This document shows positions 19,732-28,961 of a DNA stretch of 36,247 bases, piece by piece (the stretch's first letter is position 1; each line of letters starts with the position of its first letter). The stretch lies in contig JBLIRO010000050.1 in the NCBI GenBank assembly GCA_049472335.1, forward strand, positions 1 through 36,247, in the 5' to 3' direction. Source of the stretch: a bacterium (GTDB lineage: Bacteria > SZUA-182 > DTGQ01 > JAFGSM01). The notes under the pieces were generated by a model, which saw only the letters and a list, made by a program, of their open reading frames with translations, had not been told where the DNA came from and searched no databases. Position numbers and translations under genes: made by a program.

Positions 19732-20880
19732 ATGAAGGTATTTTCAGCGCCACAGAAGGTAACCCTGAATATTACCAATCAATGTAATCTTTATTGCCTT
19801 TACTGCGCGGTTTCATCAACAAAGAATGTGTCTGGAGACCTGAGCCTCGAGGAATGGAAAGGCGTCATTGACGAGCTTGCCCGAATCAAGGTATTTTATC
19901 TGCTTATTTCCGGAGGTGAGCCATTTACCCGTCAGGATTTTCCCGAGATTATAAAGCACATTTCACAATATCATTTCAGGATTTCCATCAATACAAACGG
20001 CACGCTATTTAACAAAGAAATTCTCTCTCTCCTTTCGAGGTCCTGTCGTGTGGACGATGTTCAGATTTCACTGGACGGGGCCGAGCCGGATGTCCATGAT
20101 GTGATAAGGGGAAAGGGGAGTTTTGAAAAAACACTGAAAGGGATAAAACTATTGCGCCAATGGGGGATACCTTTCAGTTTCTTTGTGGTTGTATGCAAAA
20201 ACAATAAAGATCGGATAGAAAAGATTGTCCGGTTTGCGGAAAGGACAGGCGCATCCAGGGTCAGTTTTTCATCTTTGCTAGCACAGGGCAGTGCGTTATC
20301 ACATTTTGATGATTTGTTCCTTTCATTTGATGAGCAAAATTATATATATGCCGGATTAAGAAAACTTAAGGAGGAATATCCCCGATTAGTAAGCGGTTCA
20401 TTGATGCAGGGGATTGAAATGATGGATTCCATTTCAAAGCGGGATATCTCTACCCATATATCCGGAAGGTCCCACAAAATAACAAGCTGTGCCGGAAGTG
20501 TTAAGGAATGTTCAATCCGGCCTGAAGGATGGGTGATTCCGTGTGACCGCTTATGGGATTTCACAGTGGGAAATATAAAAGATGAGCCTTTTCAGTCTAT
20601 CTGGATTCATTCAGAAGGATTTAGATATTTCCGGAAACGATATTCACGGGGAATGGATTTTTTTAATGAGTGCAGGGATTGCGAGTATATAAATATGTGC
20701 AGGGGAGGGTGTCCGGCAGTGCCTTTTAATATGGGAAGAGGGATTGAGGGATGGGACCCTCTTTCATGTTACAAGGTCTTTATTGGTAAAAAGAGAAGCT
20801 ATATCAGGAGAAATTTAAGCTCTGAAATGCAAATTGCAAAATGCAAAATGCAAAATGAAGAAAAGAGAGAGCATAGTTAA
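19732..20880 (+). CDS. Radical SAM/SPASM peptide maturase 2 (SynChlorMet ScmE-like / MftC-like)
   Basis: TLNITNQCNLYCLYC, ISGGEP, INTNGT, QISLDG. SPASM SCAG..CSIRPEGWVIPC..VGNI..CRDCEYINMCRGGCPA..C. Confidence 0.9.
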   Translation: MKVFSAPQKVTLNITNQCNLYCLYCAVSSTKNVSGDLSLEEWKGVIDELARIKVFYLLISGGEPFTRQDFPEIIKHISQYHFRISINTNGTLFNKEILSLLSRSCRVDDVQISLDGAEPDVHDVIRGKGSFEKTLKGIKLLRQWGIPFSFFVVVCKNNKDRIEKIVRFAERTGASRVSFSSLLAQGSALSHFDDLFLSFDEQNYIYAGLRKLKEEYPRLVSGSLMQGIEMMDSISKRDISTHISGRSHKITSCAGSVKECSIRPEGWVIPCDRLWDFTVGNIKDEPFQSIWIHSEGFRYFRKRYSRGMDFFNECRDCEYINMCRGGCPAVPFNMGRGIEGWDPLSCYKVFIGKKRSYIRRNLSSEMQIAKCKMQNEEKREHS

Positions 20881-20905
20881 AGTTGCATCCTTAATAAGAA
20901 GGTTT

Positions 20906-21238
20906 CTATGATATCTTTTCAGGAGGTCGTCTTTCAGGGACATATGAGAGGCGAATCTTTCCCTCATTCCATTCCCTGGATACATAAAGATTACAATAGC
21001 AGCTCCCATAGTCTTCCACATCAGGTGCCCTGTATACACAGGGACAAAATATGTCCTTATCCTTTTCACGGTTTCCCGAGGCCAGCCTGCACGGACAGGA
21101 CATATATCCATAACGTTTTTTATTTATAATCAGGGCCTCGAGGAGATCAAGAACCCTCTCTTTGTCTTTGTTGAAAAAATACCCTTTTGGTTCCTGAATC
21201 TTTTTTAAAGTTTCATAGAGTTTTTCCGCCTCGTTCAT
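20906..21238 (-). CDS. Ferredoxin:thioredoxin reductase catalytic subunit-like protein
   Basis: YGYMSCPCRL, FCPCVY, GSCYCNLYV give the CPC/CPC/CxC signature. Confidence 0.92.
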   Translation of the reverse strand: MNEAEKLYETLKKIQEPKGYFFNKDKERVLDLLEALIINKKRYGYMSCPCRLASGNREKDKDIFCPCVYRAPDVEDYGSCYCNLYVSREWNEGKIRLSYVPERRPPEKIS

Positions 21239-21486
21239 AATCCGAGGGCTTCCTTAATCTCATCTTCCTTATACCCGACAATAACCTTGTCACCAATGAC
21301 GATTGTAGGAAAGGAACAATTCGGATTCAGTTTTTTTACATCTTCCAGTATGGCGGCCCTTTCTTTCCCCTCAAGTAAGTCAACATCCGTGAATTCGTAT
21401 TTTACTTTACAATCACTTAGTAGTTTTTTAGTGGCTTTGCAGTGGATGCATGTACTAAGCGAATATAACTTCACTGACTTTTGCAT
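21235..21486 (-). CDS. Glutaredoxin-family (NrdH-like) redoxin
   Basis: LYSLSTCIHCKATK, SFPTIVIG. Start moved to ATG 21486 behind a GGGGAG RBS. 4-nt overlap with the FTR gene. Confidence 0.9.
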   Translation of the reverse strand: MQKSVKLYSLSTCIHCKATKKLLSDCKVKYEFTDVDLLEGKERAAILEDVKKLNPNCSFPTIVIGDKVIVGYKEDEIKEALGL

Positions 21487-21590
21487 TTTAAGCTCCCCGG
21501 TCAATAGGCATTTTTATTGAATGCAGCAATTTGTCCGCCATAGAGACGAACCTCTGTTGTTTATGATTTTAAAAATATCATGTCTGCAGA

Positions 21591-21776
21591 TCAGGATTCC
21601 TTTTTAATGAGCGGTTTTCCACAGCACTCTATCGAACATGGATTCTCTTCGGTATGACACGCGCATTCAGCGGCGGCAACCCCTACATCTTTACATTCTT
21701 TAATAACCTTTAATTCCATTCCGCAATCTTCGCAGACAAAGATTTCACCTTTTCTCATATCATGGCAGCCTGACAT
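21591..21776 (-). CDS. Small Cys-rich desulforedoxin-like metal-binding protein (61 aa, 9 Cys)
   Basis: GEIFVCEDCGMELKVIKEC..IECCGKPL (CxxC..CC pattern). AGGAGG RBS. Confidence 0.75.
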   Translation of the reverse strand: MSGCHDMRKGEIFVCEDCGMELKVIKECKDVGVAAAECACHTEENPCSIECCGKPLIKKES

Positions 21777-21859
21777 TTTTTACCTCCTTTTATTGCTGTT
21801 AACCAATTTCTTTATTTCCATACTACTTTAAAAGAAATTTTTTTTCAATAATACATCTT

Positions 21860-21905
21860 TCCTGATCTAGTTAGATTGACATAAACTTTGATCAGGATTT
21901 ATTAT
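21860..21905 (+). promoter_or_regulatory. Candidate sigma70 promoter overlapped by an inverted repeat
   Basis: TTGACA at 21876 and TATTAT at 21900 (18-nt spacer). TCCTGATC (21860) / GATCAGGA (21890) flank the -35. Confidence 0.45.
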
Positions 21906-21998
21906 TATATTCAAAGCACTTTTTTTTGCTGATTGTTAAATATTAATCAATGTTATTAAAAAAGGGTCAGAATATTATTCTGTTCATGGAGGAGAACT

Positions 21999-23468
21999 AT
22001 GATAAATTTTGATTACGACCTTGGAGTTATCGGGGGAGGTGCGGCAGGACTTACTACAGCGGCAGGAGCCGCCCAGTTTGGAGCGAAAACCATTCTCATA
22101 GAAAAATCTGATAAGCTGGGAGGAGATTGCCTGCACTTCGGTTGCGTACCGTTGAAGACATTGATTCGTACTGCCGGAGTATGGGGGCTTGCCAGCAGAT
22201 TAAAGGAATTCGGCCTTCCCGGTCTTGATTTAGTCCCCGTAGACCTAAATAAGATAATGGAGAGGGTACATTCAGTGATCGAAAAGATTCAGGAGCAGGA
22301 CTCTCCTGAGAGACTCAGCAGATTGGGTGTGGAAGTCCTTTTTGGTCGTCCCCAGTTTTTGGATGACCATTCCGTAAAGGTTGACGAAAGAAACATTTCG
22401 GCGAAGGCCTGGATTATTGCCACAGGTTCGAGACCTTCCATTCCCCCTGTGGAGGACATCGCCGATGTGCCTTACTGGACAAACGAGACCGTATTTTCAC
22501 AAAAGATACTCCCAGATAGTCTTATCATACTCGGAGGCGGACCAATAGGATTGGAGATGGCACAGGCCTTTCAGCGCCTTGGATCGCGTGTGACAATAGT
22601 CGAGTTTACGGATCAGATCCTGGGCACAGAAGATCCGGATATTGCCAGGATGCTTATGGGCCGTCTTGAAGCAGAGGGGATAAAGATACTTACAGGCACA
22701 AAGGCCGTCCAGGTGAAGAAAGAAGGCAAAAAGATATCCCTGCGCGTGGTTTCTGCAAAAGGGGAGGGGAAGGCAAAAATCCTGGAGGCCGACGCGTTAT
22801 TTGCGGCAACAGGTCGAAGGCCGAATGTGGATGAACTGGGACTGGAATCATCTGGTGTGGAATTTACAACAAAAGGCATCACAACCGATCTGAGGATGCG
22901 TACCAATATTGCGCATATTTACGCATGTGGCGATGTAAACGGACAATTTCTTTTTACCCATGTCGCGGGATATGAAGCAGGGGTAGCGCTTACTAATATC
23001 TGTTTGCATCTCCCTCGCAGGGCTGACTATTCAAAGGTTCCATGGTGCATCTATACCGATCCGGAGGTCGCGGGCATAGGACTGAATGAAACCAGGGCTA
23101 AAAAGGAAGGGGTGGCTTACAGGTTGCTGGAGGATTCCTTTGAGGAAAATGATCGTGCCCTTGCAGAAGCAGAGCCCTTCGGAAAAATAAAGGTGCTGGT
23201 GACTCCTAAAGGAAAACCGCTTGGTTGTCAGATCATAGGTGCACATGCCGGAGAACTCATACATGAATGGATTCCGGCATTAACTGGAGGATTGAGGCTT
23301 TCCACTTTGGCAGGGGCTATTCATATTTATCCTACACTTTCCGAGATATCAAAGAAGGCGGCAGGCAGCTATTTTGCCGGAAAAATTTTCAGTGATCAGA
23401 AAAAGAAGGTGCTTCGCTTTTTTTTCCATTTTAAAGGAAGGACGTCTGCTGCCAAGGTGGAAGAATAA
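21999..23468 (+). CDS. Class I pyridine nucleotide-disulfide oxidoreductase (lipoamide dehydrogenase/MerA-like family)
   Basis: VIGGGAAG, GGDCLHFGCVP (CX4C), ILGGGPIGLEMAQ, IYACGD, HIYPTLSE. Confidence 0.88.
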   Translation: MINFDYDLGVIGGGAAGLTTAAGAAQFGAKTILIEKSDKLGGDCLHFGCVPLKTLIRTAGVWGLASRLKEFGLPGLDLVPVDLNKIMERVHSVIEKIQEQDSPERLSRLGVEVLFGRPQFLDDHSVKVDERNISAKAWIIATGSRPSIPPVEDIADVPYWTNETVFSQKILPDSLIILGGGPIGLEMAQAFQRLGSRVTIVEFTDQILGTEDPDIARMLMGRLEAEGIKILTGTKAVQVKKEGKKISLRVVSAKGEGKAKILEADALFAATGRRPNVDELGLESSGVEFTTKGITTDLRMRTNIAHIYACGDVNGQFLFTHVAGYEAGVALTNICLHLPRRADYSKVPWCIYTDPEVAGIGLNETRAKKEGVAYRLLEDSFEENDRALAEAEPFGKIKVLVTPKGKPLGCQIIGAHAGELIHEWIPALTGGLRLSTLAGAIHIYPTLSEISKKAAGSYFAGKIFSDQKKKVLRFFFHFKGRTSAAKVEE

Positions 23469-23594
23469 TTTGGGTTTAAGATTGGTTTTTTGTTCAGACT
23501 TTGTCATAGTTCATATCGCCAGGAAATCTGTTAAAAGGATTAAAAGGGTGAATTGTCACAATATCATATTTTTTTAAAGGTTGGAGGTCCGGGC

Positions 23595-24452
23595 ATGTTC
23601 AAAAAGGTTTATCAAAAGGTATGGGTTTTTGATGTGGAATGGGTCCCAGACCCCCTGGCAGGGCGTTTGCTGTATAAATTGCCGGAGTCCATGTCTGCGC
23701 TTGAGATCATCCAGAGGATGTGGAAAGAGGGAGGGGCAACGGAGGAAGATCCGACGCCCTATCTTAAAACGGCTTTGTGTCGGGTTGTTTCTATCTCTTT
23801 TGTGACTCGATACGCAGAAACAGATGGAATAAAGATACGCCTTCACTCCTTGCCGAGTAGTTCGTCAGATTTAAAGCACATAGAAGAGGCAAGCATTATC
23901 AAGACTTTTCTGGAGGCTTTAGGAAAACGTAAGCCGCAATTAGTAGGGTATAATTCTTTATCAGCCGATCTCAAGATTTTGATACAACGGGGTGTCGCAA
24001 ATGGTATACAGGCCTCTGAATTTTGCGCGCGTCCAGATAAACCATGGGAAGGAGAGGATTATTTTTCGGATTTCAGTGACTGGAATGTAGATCTGATAAG
24101 GATCCTGGGGGGGAGAGGAAAATCGAATCCATCCCTCAACGAGATAGCCGTGGTATCCGGAATCCCTGGTAAAATGGAGGTTGATGGAGAACAGGTTGCC
24201 AATCTATGGCTCAACGGGGAACTTGACAAAATCATTGCGTATAATGAATGTGATGCTTTGACGACTTATTTACTATGGTTGAAACTTTCATATTTCGGAG
24301 GGCATTTCACATCTGAAGAATATCAGGAGGAGCAGAAACGAGTAGAAGATTTGTTAAAGAGTGAAGGCTCAAAACCAAAACGAGCCCATTTACAGAGGTT
24401 TTTGGAAGAATGGAAATATCTCCGGGAGATAAACTCAGGAAAAAAGCTTTAG
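23595..24452 (+). CDS. PolB-like 3'-5' exonuclease family protein
   Basis: VFDVEWVPD (ExoI), LVGYNSLSADL (ExoII), AYNECDALTTY (ExoIII). GGAGG RBS before ATG 23595. Confidence 0.85.
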   Translation: MFKKVYQKVWVFDVEWVPDPLAGRLLYKLPESMSALEIIQRMWKEGGATEEDPTPYLKTALCRVVSISFVTRYAETDGIKIRLHSLPSSSSDLKHIEEASIIKTFLEALGKRKPQLVGYNSLSADLKILIQRGVANGIQASEFCARPDKPWEGEDYFSDFSDWNVDLIRILGGRGKSNPSLNEIAVVSGIPGKMEVDGEQVANLWLNGELDKIIAYNECDALTTYLLWLKLSYFGGHFTSEEYQEEQKRVEDLLKSEGSKPKRAHLQRFLEEWKYLREINSGKKL

Positions 24453-24637
24453 ACATTCTATATTTCCATATTATACTTTAATATATATATCCTTTTTATA
24501 TTGATACTTTGTATTTGAAGTTTTCGCAAAAATGATATTATAATTAGCCATTAATACCTTTTATGGTTAATATATAGTTGAAGGAGAGCAAAACATATTG
24601 AAATTAAATAAGGTAATAAGGATAAAAGGGGAGAACA

Positions 24638-24880
24638 ATGAATCACGGGGATGAACAAAAAATACTGGAGCATGAAATAGAAAAATTAAATCAAGAACTA
24701 AAGGACCTGGGGTATAAATTGAGTGAATTATTAAATGTTGATTGTAATTTCGGCGATTGCAGCTTTGATAAGGAAGTGGATAACGTACGGGAAAAAATGG
24801 CCGAAGTTGAAAAGACTAAGAAGCTTCTTGAATTCATAAAAAATAATATTGATAAATGTTATGAGGGCAAAAATACCTGA
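24638..24880 (+). CDS. Hypothetical small coiled-coil protein
   Basis: AGGGGAG RBS, heptad-like charged helices, intergenic position. Confidence 0.65.
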   Translation: MNHGDEQKILEHEIEKLNQELKDLGYKLSELLNVDCNFGDCSFDKEVDNVREKMAEVEKTKKLLEFIKNNIDKCYEGKNT

Positions 24881-24916
24881 TCTGTCTGTCTAGCCATATT
24901 CCTCAAATGCCAATTA

Positions 24917-25861
24917 TTATTTTTGTTTTTTCAGAAATTTAAAGAAATCTCCCCTTGTAGACATTATCAATGATGTGCCGGAATCCAATGTTTTTTCATA
25001 GGTTTCCATGGTCTTAAGGAACTCATAGAAATCCCTGGCCTCTTGACTCTGATTATATGCTGAATTATAGATCTGGGTGGCTTTTGCGTCCGCGTCCCCC
25101 ATGATCTCTTTTGCCTTTCGAAATGCTTCTGATTGTATTCGCTTTAATTCCCGCTCCTTTTCGCCATTTATTCTGGATGCCTCCCCCTGGCCCTCGGATC
25201 TGTATTTGTCCGCAATACGCTTACGCTCAGAGATCATACGTTCAAACACCTTTTGCTGTACCTCTTTTACATAATCGATTCTCTTGAATCGGAAGTCCAA
25301 TATCTCTAAGCCCATATCCTTAGCGCGTTCGGTTGCGTTCAGGAATATTTCATCAGAGATCTTTAGCCTTCCGACCTGAATCTCCTCTAGTGTGCTTTTT
25401 TCATCCTCAGATGTAGCCTCTTCGATTTCCAAAGGGCTTCGATTGGATGAACGAACCACTTCGATTAGGTCATGCTTTGCAACCGCGTTGCGGGTTTCAC
25501 CGTCAACGATATCGTCAAGCCTGGAGTGTGCACCTTGCTCATCCCGTACCCGTTGAAAAAAAAGCAGAGGATCAGAGATCTTCCAGCGTGCGTATGTATC
25601 GACCCAGATAAAACGCTTGTCTTTGGTGGGAATTTGATTGGGATAACCGTCCCACTCCAGGAATCGTTTGTCGAAATAATGTACCTTCTGAACATATGGC
25701 AGCTTAAAATGGATTCCCGGCTCGGTTATGGGGTCACCCACAGGTTTGCCGAATTGGGTTACAATGGCCTGCTGAGCCTCATCAACAATATATGTGGAAG
25801 AATATACTATAAGGATGGCTATTGCCGCGAATATAAGTATTATCAAACTGCGAGGCTTCAT
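24917..25861 (-). CDS. hflC: FtsH protease modulator HflC
   Basis: N-terminal TM, IVTQFGKP, PTKDKRFIWVDTYARWKISDP, RMISERKRIADKYRSEG. Confidence 0.95.
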   Translation of the reverse strand: MKPRSLIILIFAAIAILIVYSSTYIVDEAQQAIVTQFGKPVGDPITEPGIHFKLPYVQKVHYFDKRFLEWDGYPNQIPTKDKRFIWVDTYARWKISDPLLFFQRVRDEQGAHSRLDDIVDGETRNAVAKHDLIEVVRSSNRSPLEIEEATSEDEKSTLEEIQVGRLKISDEIFLNATERAKDMGLEILDFRFKRIDYVKEVQQKVFERMISERKRIADKYRSEGQGEASRINGEKERELKRIQSEAFRKAKEIMGDADAKATQIYNSAYNQSQEARDFYEFLKTMETYEKTLDSGTSLIMSTRGDFFKFLKKQK

Positions 25862-26853
25862 TTTGCACCCCCCTTCACCGATAAATTATCCAATTGCAGC
25901 AGTGGAACTATCCCGCTGGCATCAGGATCCAATATATATTTTTTCCCGACCTTTGGGAGTATTTTATTGAATGTCTCCAGATATATGCGCTGCCTGGTTA
26001 CATCAGGGGCCTTTCTATACTCCTGATACATGGCATTGAACAGCGCAACCTCACCCTGTGATCGATTTACCCTGTCAAGCGCGTAGCCTTCCGCCTGTTG
26101 AATGGTCTGTTGTGCTTCTCCATTAGCGCGGGGGATAACACGGTTGTATTCGGATAGGGCCTGATTGATCAGCTTTTCACGATCTTGCTGAGCTTCATTA
26201 ACCTCATTGAAGGAGGGTTTTACCGGGTCGGGCGGCGTCACGTCCTGAAGCACTACCTGTTCGATCCGTATTCCCGTTTCATATTGATTGCATAATTCCT
26301 GGATTCGTTTTTCAACATTACTGGATACATCCTGACGGCCAACCGTCAAAACTTCATTTACGGTTCTATCCCCCACAACTTCCCTCATGATGGCCTCCGA
26401 TATATCTCTGAGTGTTTTATTGGTATTTCTGACCTTAAAAAGATACATATAAGGATCGTTTATTCGGTATTGGACAATCCATTCTACTGAGGCCACATTT
26501 AGATCACCCGTTAGCATCAGGGACTCTTCGTCATACTTTCTGGGAGAATACTGAGTAACAACACCTGCCTTTACCGTACGAAACCCGAATTCCTGTTTAA
26601 GCTGTCTTTGAACCGGCACCTTCTCTACCCGTTCAACACCGAAGGGTATTTTGAAATTCAAACCAGGCTGGACCGTGCGGGCATATTTCCCGAAACGTAA
26701 GATCACCCCGACTTCTTCCGGTCCGATAGTAAACCAGGATGTTAAAACAAAGATTAGAACCAGTATTCCCAGAATCACTACAGGTAACTTGCTGGGTAAA
26801 AATTTGAACTGTCTGAGAAACTGAGTGATATCCGCAAAAGGATCATCTCTCAT
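25858..26853 (-). CDS. hflK: FtsH protease modulator HflK
   Basis: GVILRFGKY, MLTGDLNVASVEWIVQYRI, YRKAPDVTRQRIYLET. 4-nt overlap with hflC. Confidence 0.95.
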   Translation of the reverse strand: MRDDPFADITQFLRQFKFLPSKLPVVILGILVLIFVLTSWFTIGPEEVGVILRFGKYARTVQPGLNFKIPFGVERVEKVPVQRQLKQEFGFRTVKAGVVTQYSPRKYDEESLMLTGDLNVASVEWIVQYRINDPYMYLFKVRNTNKTLRDISEAIMREVVGDRTVNEVLTVGRQDVSSNVEKRIQELCNQYETGIRIEQVVLQDVTPPDPVKPSFNEVNEAQQDREKLINQALSEYNRVIPRANGEAQQTIQQAEGYALDRVNRSQGEVALFNAMYQEYRKAPDVTRQRIYLETFNKILPKVGKKYILDPDASGIVPLLQLDNLSVKGGAK

Positions 26854-26894
26854 AATATCCTCCCCTCAAGTTATGGATTATTCAGCATGTCCCG

Positions 26895-27512
26895 TTACCA
26901 GCCCCTAGTATACTCTTCTGAGCAAGGAATACAAGCTATTTGCCCATTATATATGCGGGCTCGTGATTCAGAGACCTGTTCGCCGCAATAAGAACAGGTC
27001 ACTGAATTAAAGATCTTTGCCCTGGATGGCAATTGTATACTGATATGTTGTATGGAACAAAATTCATCCACAGGCGCCTCTAAGATATAGCGAATACGTT
27101 TTTCCTTTAGCTGATTAAATAATCCTTTTTCTTCCGTTGTTGCCTTGCCTGCGGATATTCGCTCTCTAAGCTTCCTATAATCCTTATCATCGTCATCATG
27201 TTTCCAGATTCCGCCCTTTACAGAGATGCGTATGGCCTTTCCGCTACCTCTGCAGACAAAGGTATATACATGTTTCCCAAAGTCACGATAAAGCAGGTTG
27301 CCCTTACCCAGGGTGCACCCGGTTAAAAATTGAACGGCGTCGACACCGCAAGCATCGTTTTCGACAATCGCCACAAGTTCTTCGTCTTCGGCCTTTTCCC
27401 CCTCTATTTCCTTTAAGGCTATCTTTGAAACCCTATATCCCGTAGCGAGTCCCGGGCAACTGTGCCCGTGAAAATCGATAACCTTTTCCCAATCCGTTTT
27501 TTCAATACACAT
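26895..27512 (-). CDS. FmdE/FwdE-family protein with C-terminal zinc finger
   Basis: FHGHSCPGL, VENDACGVDAVQFLTGCTLGKGNL, CSYCGE..CIPC. Confidence 0.9.
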   Translation of the reverse strand: MCIEKTDWEKVIDFHGHSCPGLATGYRVSKIALKEIEGEKAEDEELVAIVENDACGVDAVQFLTGCTLGKGNLLYRDFGKHVYTFVCRGSGKAIRISVKGGIWKHDDDDKDYRKLRERISAGKATTEEKGLFNQLKEKRIRYILEAPVDEFCSIQHISIQLPSRAKIFNSVTCSYCGEQVSESRARIYNGQIACIPCSEEYTRGW

Positions 27513-27556
27513 GGGTTAAATCCTTCCATATTTATTAAATAAATTTAAATGAAAAA

Positions 27557-28708
27557 TTATTGTCTTGACGCAAGATATCTTTTAAGCCTGTCCATCCCTT
27601 CTGCTATATTTTCAAGGGAGGTGGCGTAAGAGAAACGGATGTATCCTTCCGCGTTTTCACCAAAATCGATTCCGGGAGTCACCGCCACTCCGGCTTTTTC
27701 AAGAAGCTCCAGTGAAAAATGCATGGAGTTTTCCGGACAAAATCGCCTGGCGTTAGCTAAAACATAAAATGCGCCGGTCGGCTCGACCGTGATCCCGAAT
27801 CCAATCTCTCTGAGCCTTGGTATTATAAATATCCTTCGTTTATTATAGATATCAGCCATTCTGTGTACCGCAGCTTCTGCCTCCTTTAACGTGAGGGCGG
27901 CAAGCCCGGCATATTGGACAAAGGAGTTGGGGGATATGAAAAAGTTCTGCTGGATGATTTGCATGGGCCTTATGAACTCCTTTGGGGCAATCAGATATCC
28001 AAGCCTCCAGCCCGTCATGGCATAGAGCTTTGAAAAACCGTTAATCACAAATGCGTTCTCCGTATATTCCAGGATTGTATGCGCTTTTCCCTCGTAGACC
28101 AGCCCGTGATATATCTCGTCGGATATAATCAAGGGCCCCAACCGGGCTATCTTTTCCATGACTTCAGGTGTAAGGAGATTGCCTGTGGGATTGGAAGGGG
28201 AGTTTATAATAATGCCCTTTGTATCATTTGTTATCTTTGACCTTATGGCTTCCGGTTTATATTGAAATGCATCCTCTTCATAAACCTTCACCTTTACCGT
28301 CTTTCCCCCCATAAAATGAATAAAGCTGGGATAACATGCATAGTGGGGATCAGAGAGAATGATTTCGTCCCCCTGATTGAGTAACGCGGCAAACATAAGG
28401 AACATCGCCGGAGAGGTCCCTGAGGTTATGATTATTTGATCAGGGTTTATAGAAACGCCATACTTTTTCAGATAACTGTCGCAGATTGCCTCTCTCAATT
28501 CAAGTATTCCGAGACTATGGCTGTACTTGGTTTTACCTTCCTTAAGTGCTTCAATAGCAGCCTCTTTGATACAGGAAGGTGTTTCAAAGTCCGGTTCTCC
28601 AACCTCGAGATGGATGATATGTCTTCCCTCTTTTTCAAGCTCCGATGCCTTCTCGAGGATCTCCATAACAAGGAATGGGGTTATAAGCTGCGAGCGTTCA
28701 GAAATCAT
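27557..28708 (-). CDS. PLP-dependent class I/II aminotransferase (aspartate aminotransferase-like)
   Basis: LEVGEPDF, INSPSNPTG, ISDEIY, GFSKLYAMTGWRLG, YIRFSYA. Confidence 0.93.
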   Translation of the reverse strand: MISERSQLITPFLVMEILEKASELEKEGRHIIHLEVGEPDFETPSCIKEAAIEALKEGKTKYSHSLGILELREAICDSYLKKYGVSINPDQIIITSGTSPAMFLMFAALLNQGDEIILSDPHYACYPSFIHFMGGKTVKVKVYEEDAFQYKPEAIRSKITNDTKGIIINSPSNPTGNLLTPEVMEKIARLGPLIISDEIYHGLVYEGKAHTILEYTENAFVINGFSKLYAMTGWRLGYLIAPKEFIRPMQIIQQNFFISPNSFVQYAGLAALTLKEAEAAVHRMADIYNKRRIFIIPRLREIGFGITVEPTGAFYVLANARRFCPENSMHFSLELLEKAGVAVTPGIDFGENAEGYIRFSYATSLENIAEGMDRLKRYLASRQ

Positions 28709-28903
28709 ATTAATAAATCCTTTAATGACTTTTTTGCGAGTTTGTCAATTTTCAGCTTATTCTGAAAACAGATTAAAAATGAAAACCATAGATTGTTTTA
28801 AGATTTTAATATAGACCAAGATGCTCTAAAAATCAAAAAGAAGGCCATAAAAACAAGATCCGGTCATTAGCAGACAGGATTTGGGTTTAATTCTGGAGTA
28901 AAT

Positions 28904-28939
28904 AAAAAAAGGCAAAGCCGTTTCCGGCTTTGCCTTTTT
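28904..28939 (-). terminator. Rho-independent terminator after the PEP-CTERM gene
   Basis: AAAAAAA-GGCAAAGCCG-TTTC-CGGCTTTGCC-TTTTT. Confidence 0.85.
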
Positions 28940-28961
28940 GGATAATACTTTTGAATCCGGT

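Noticed and set aside
17679..20880. PQQ, mycofactocin or lasso-peptide pathway
   Set aside because: No pqqB/C, mftD/E or lasso cyclase/protease genes, and the peptide lacks the ExxxY and IDGxCGVY cores.
21999..23468. Mercuric reductase merA
   Set aside because: No C-terminal Cys-Cys pair, no N-terminal HMA domain and no mer genes nearby.
26895..27512. Evidence of methanogenesis or archaeal origin from FmdE
   Set aside because: FmdE-family proteins are common in bacteria, no other fmd genes are present, and tmRNA, hflKC and PEP-CTERM indicate a bacterium.
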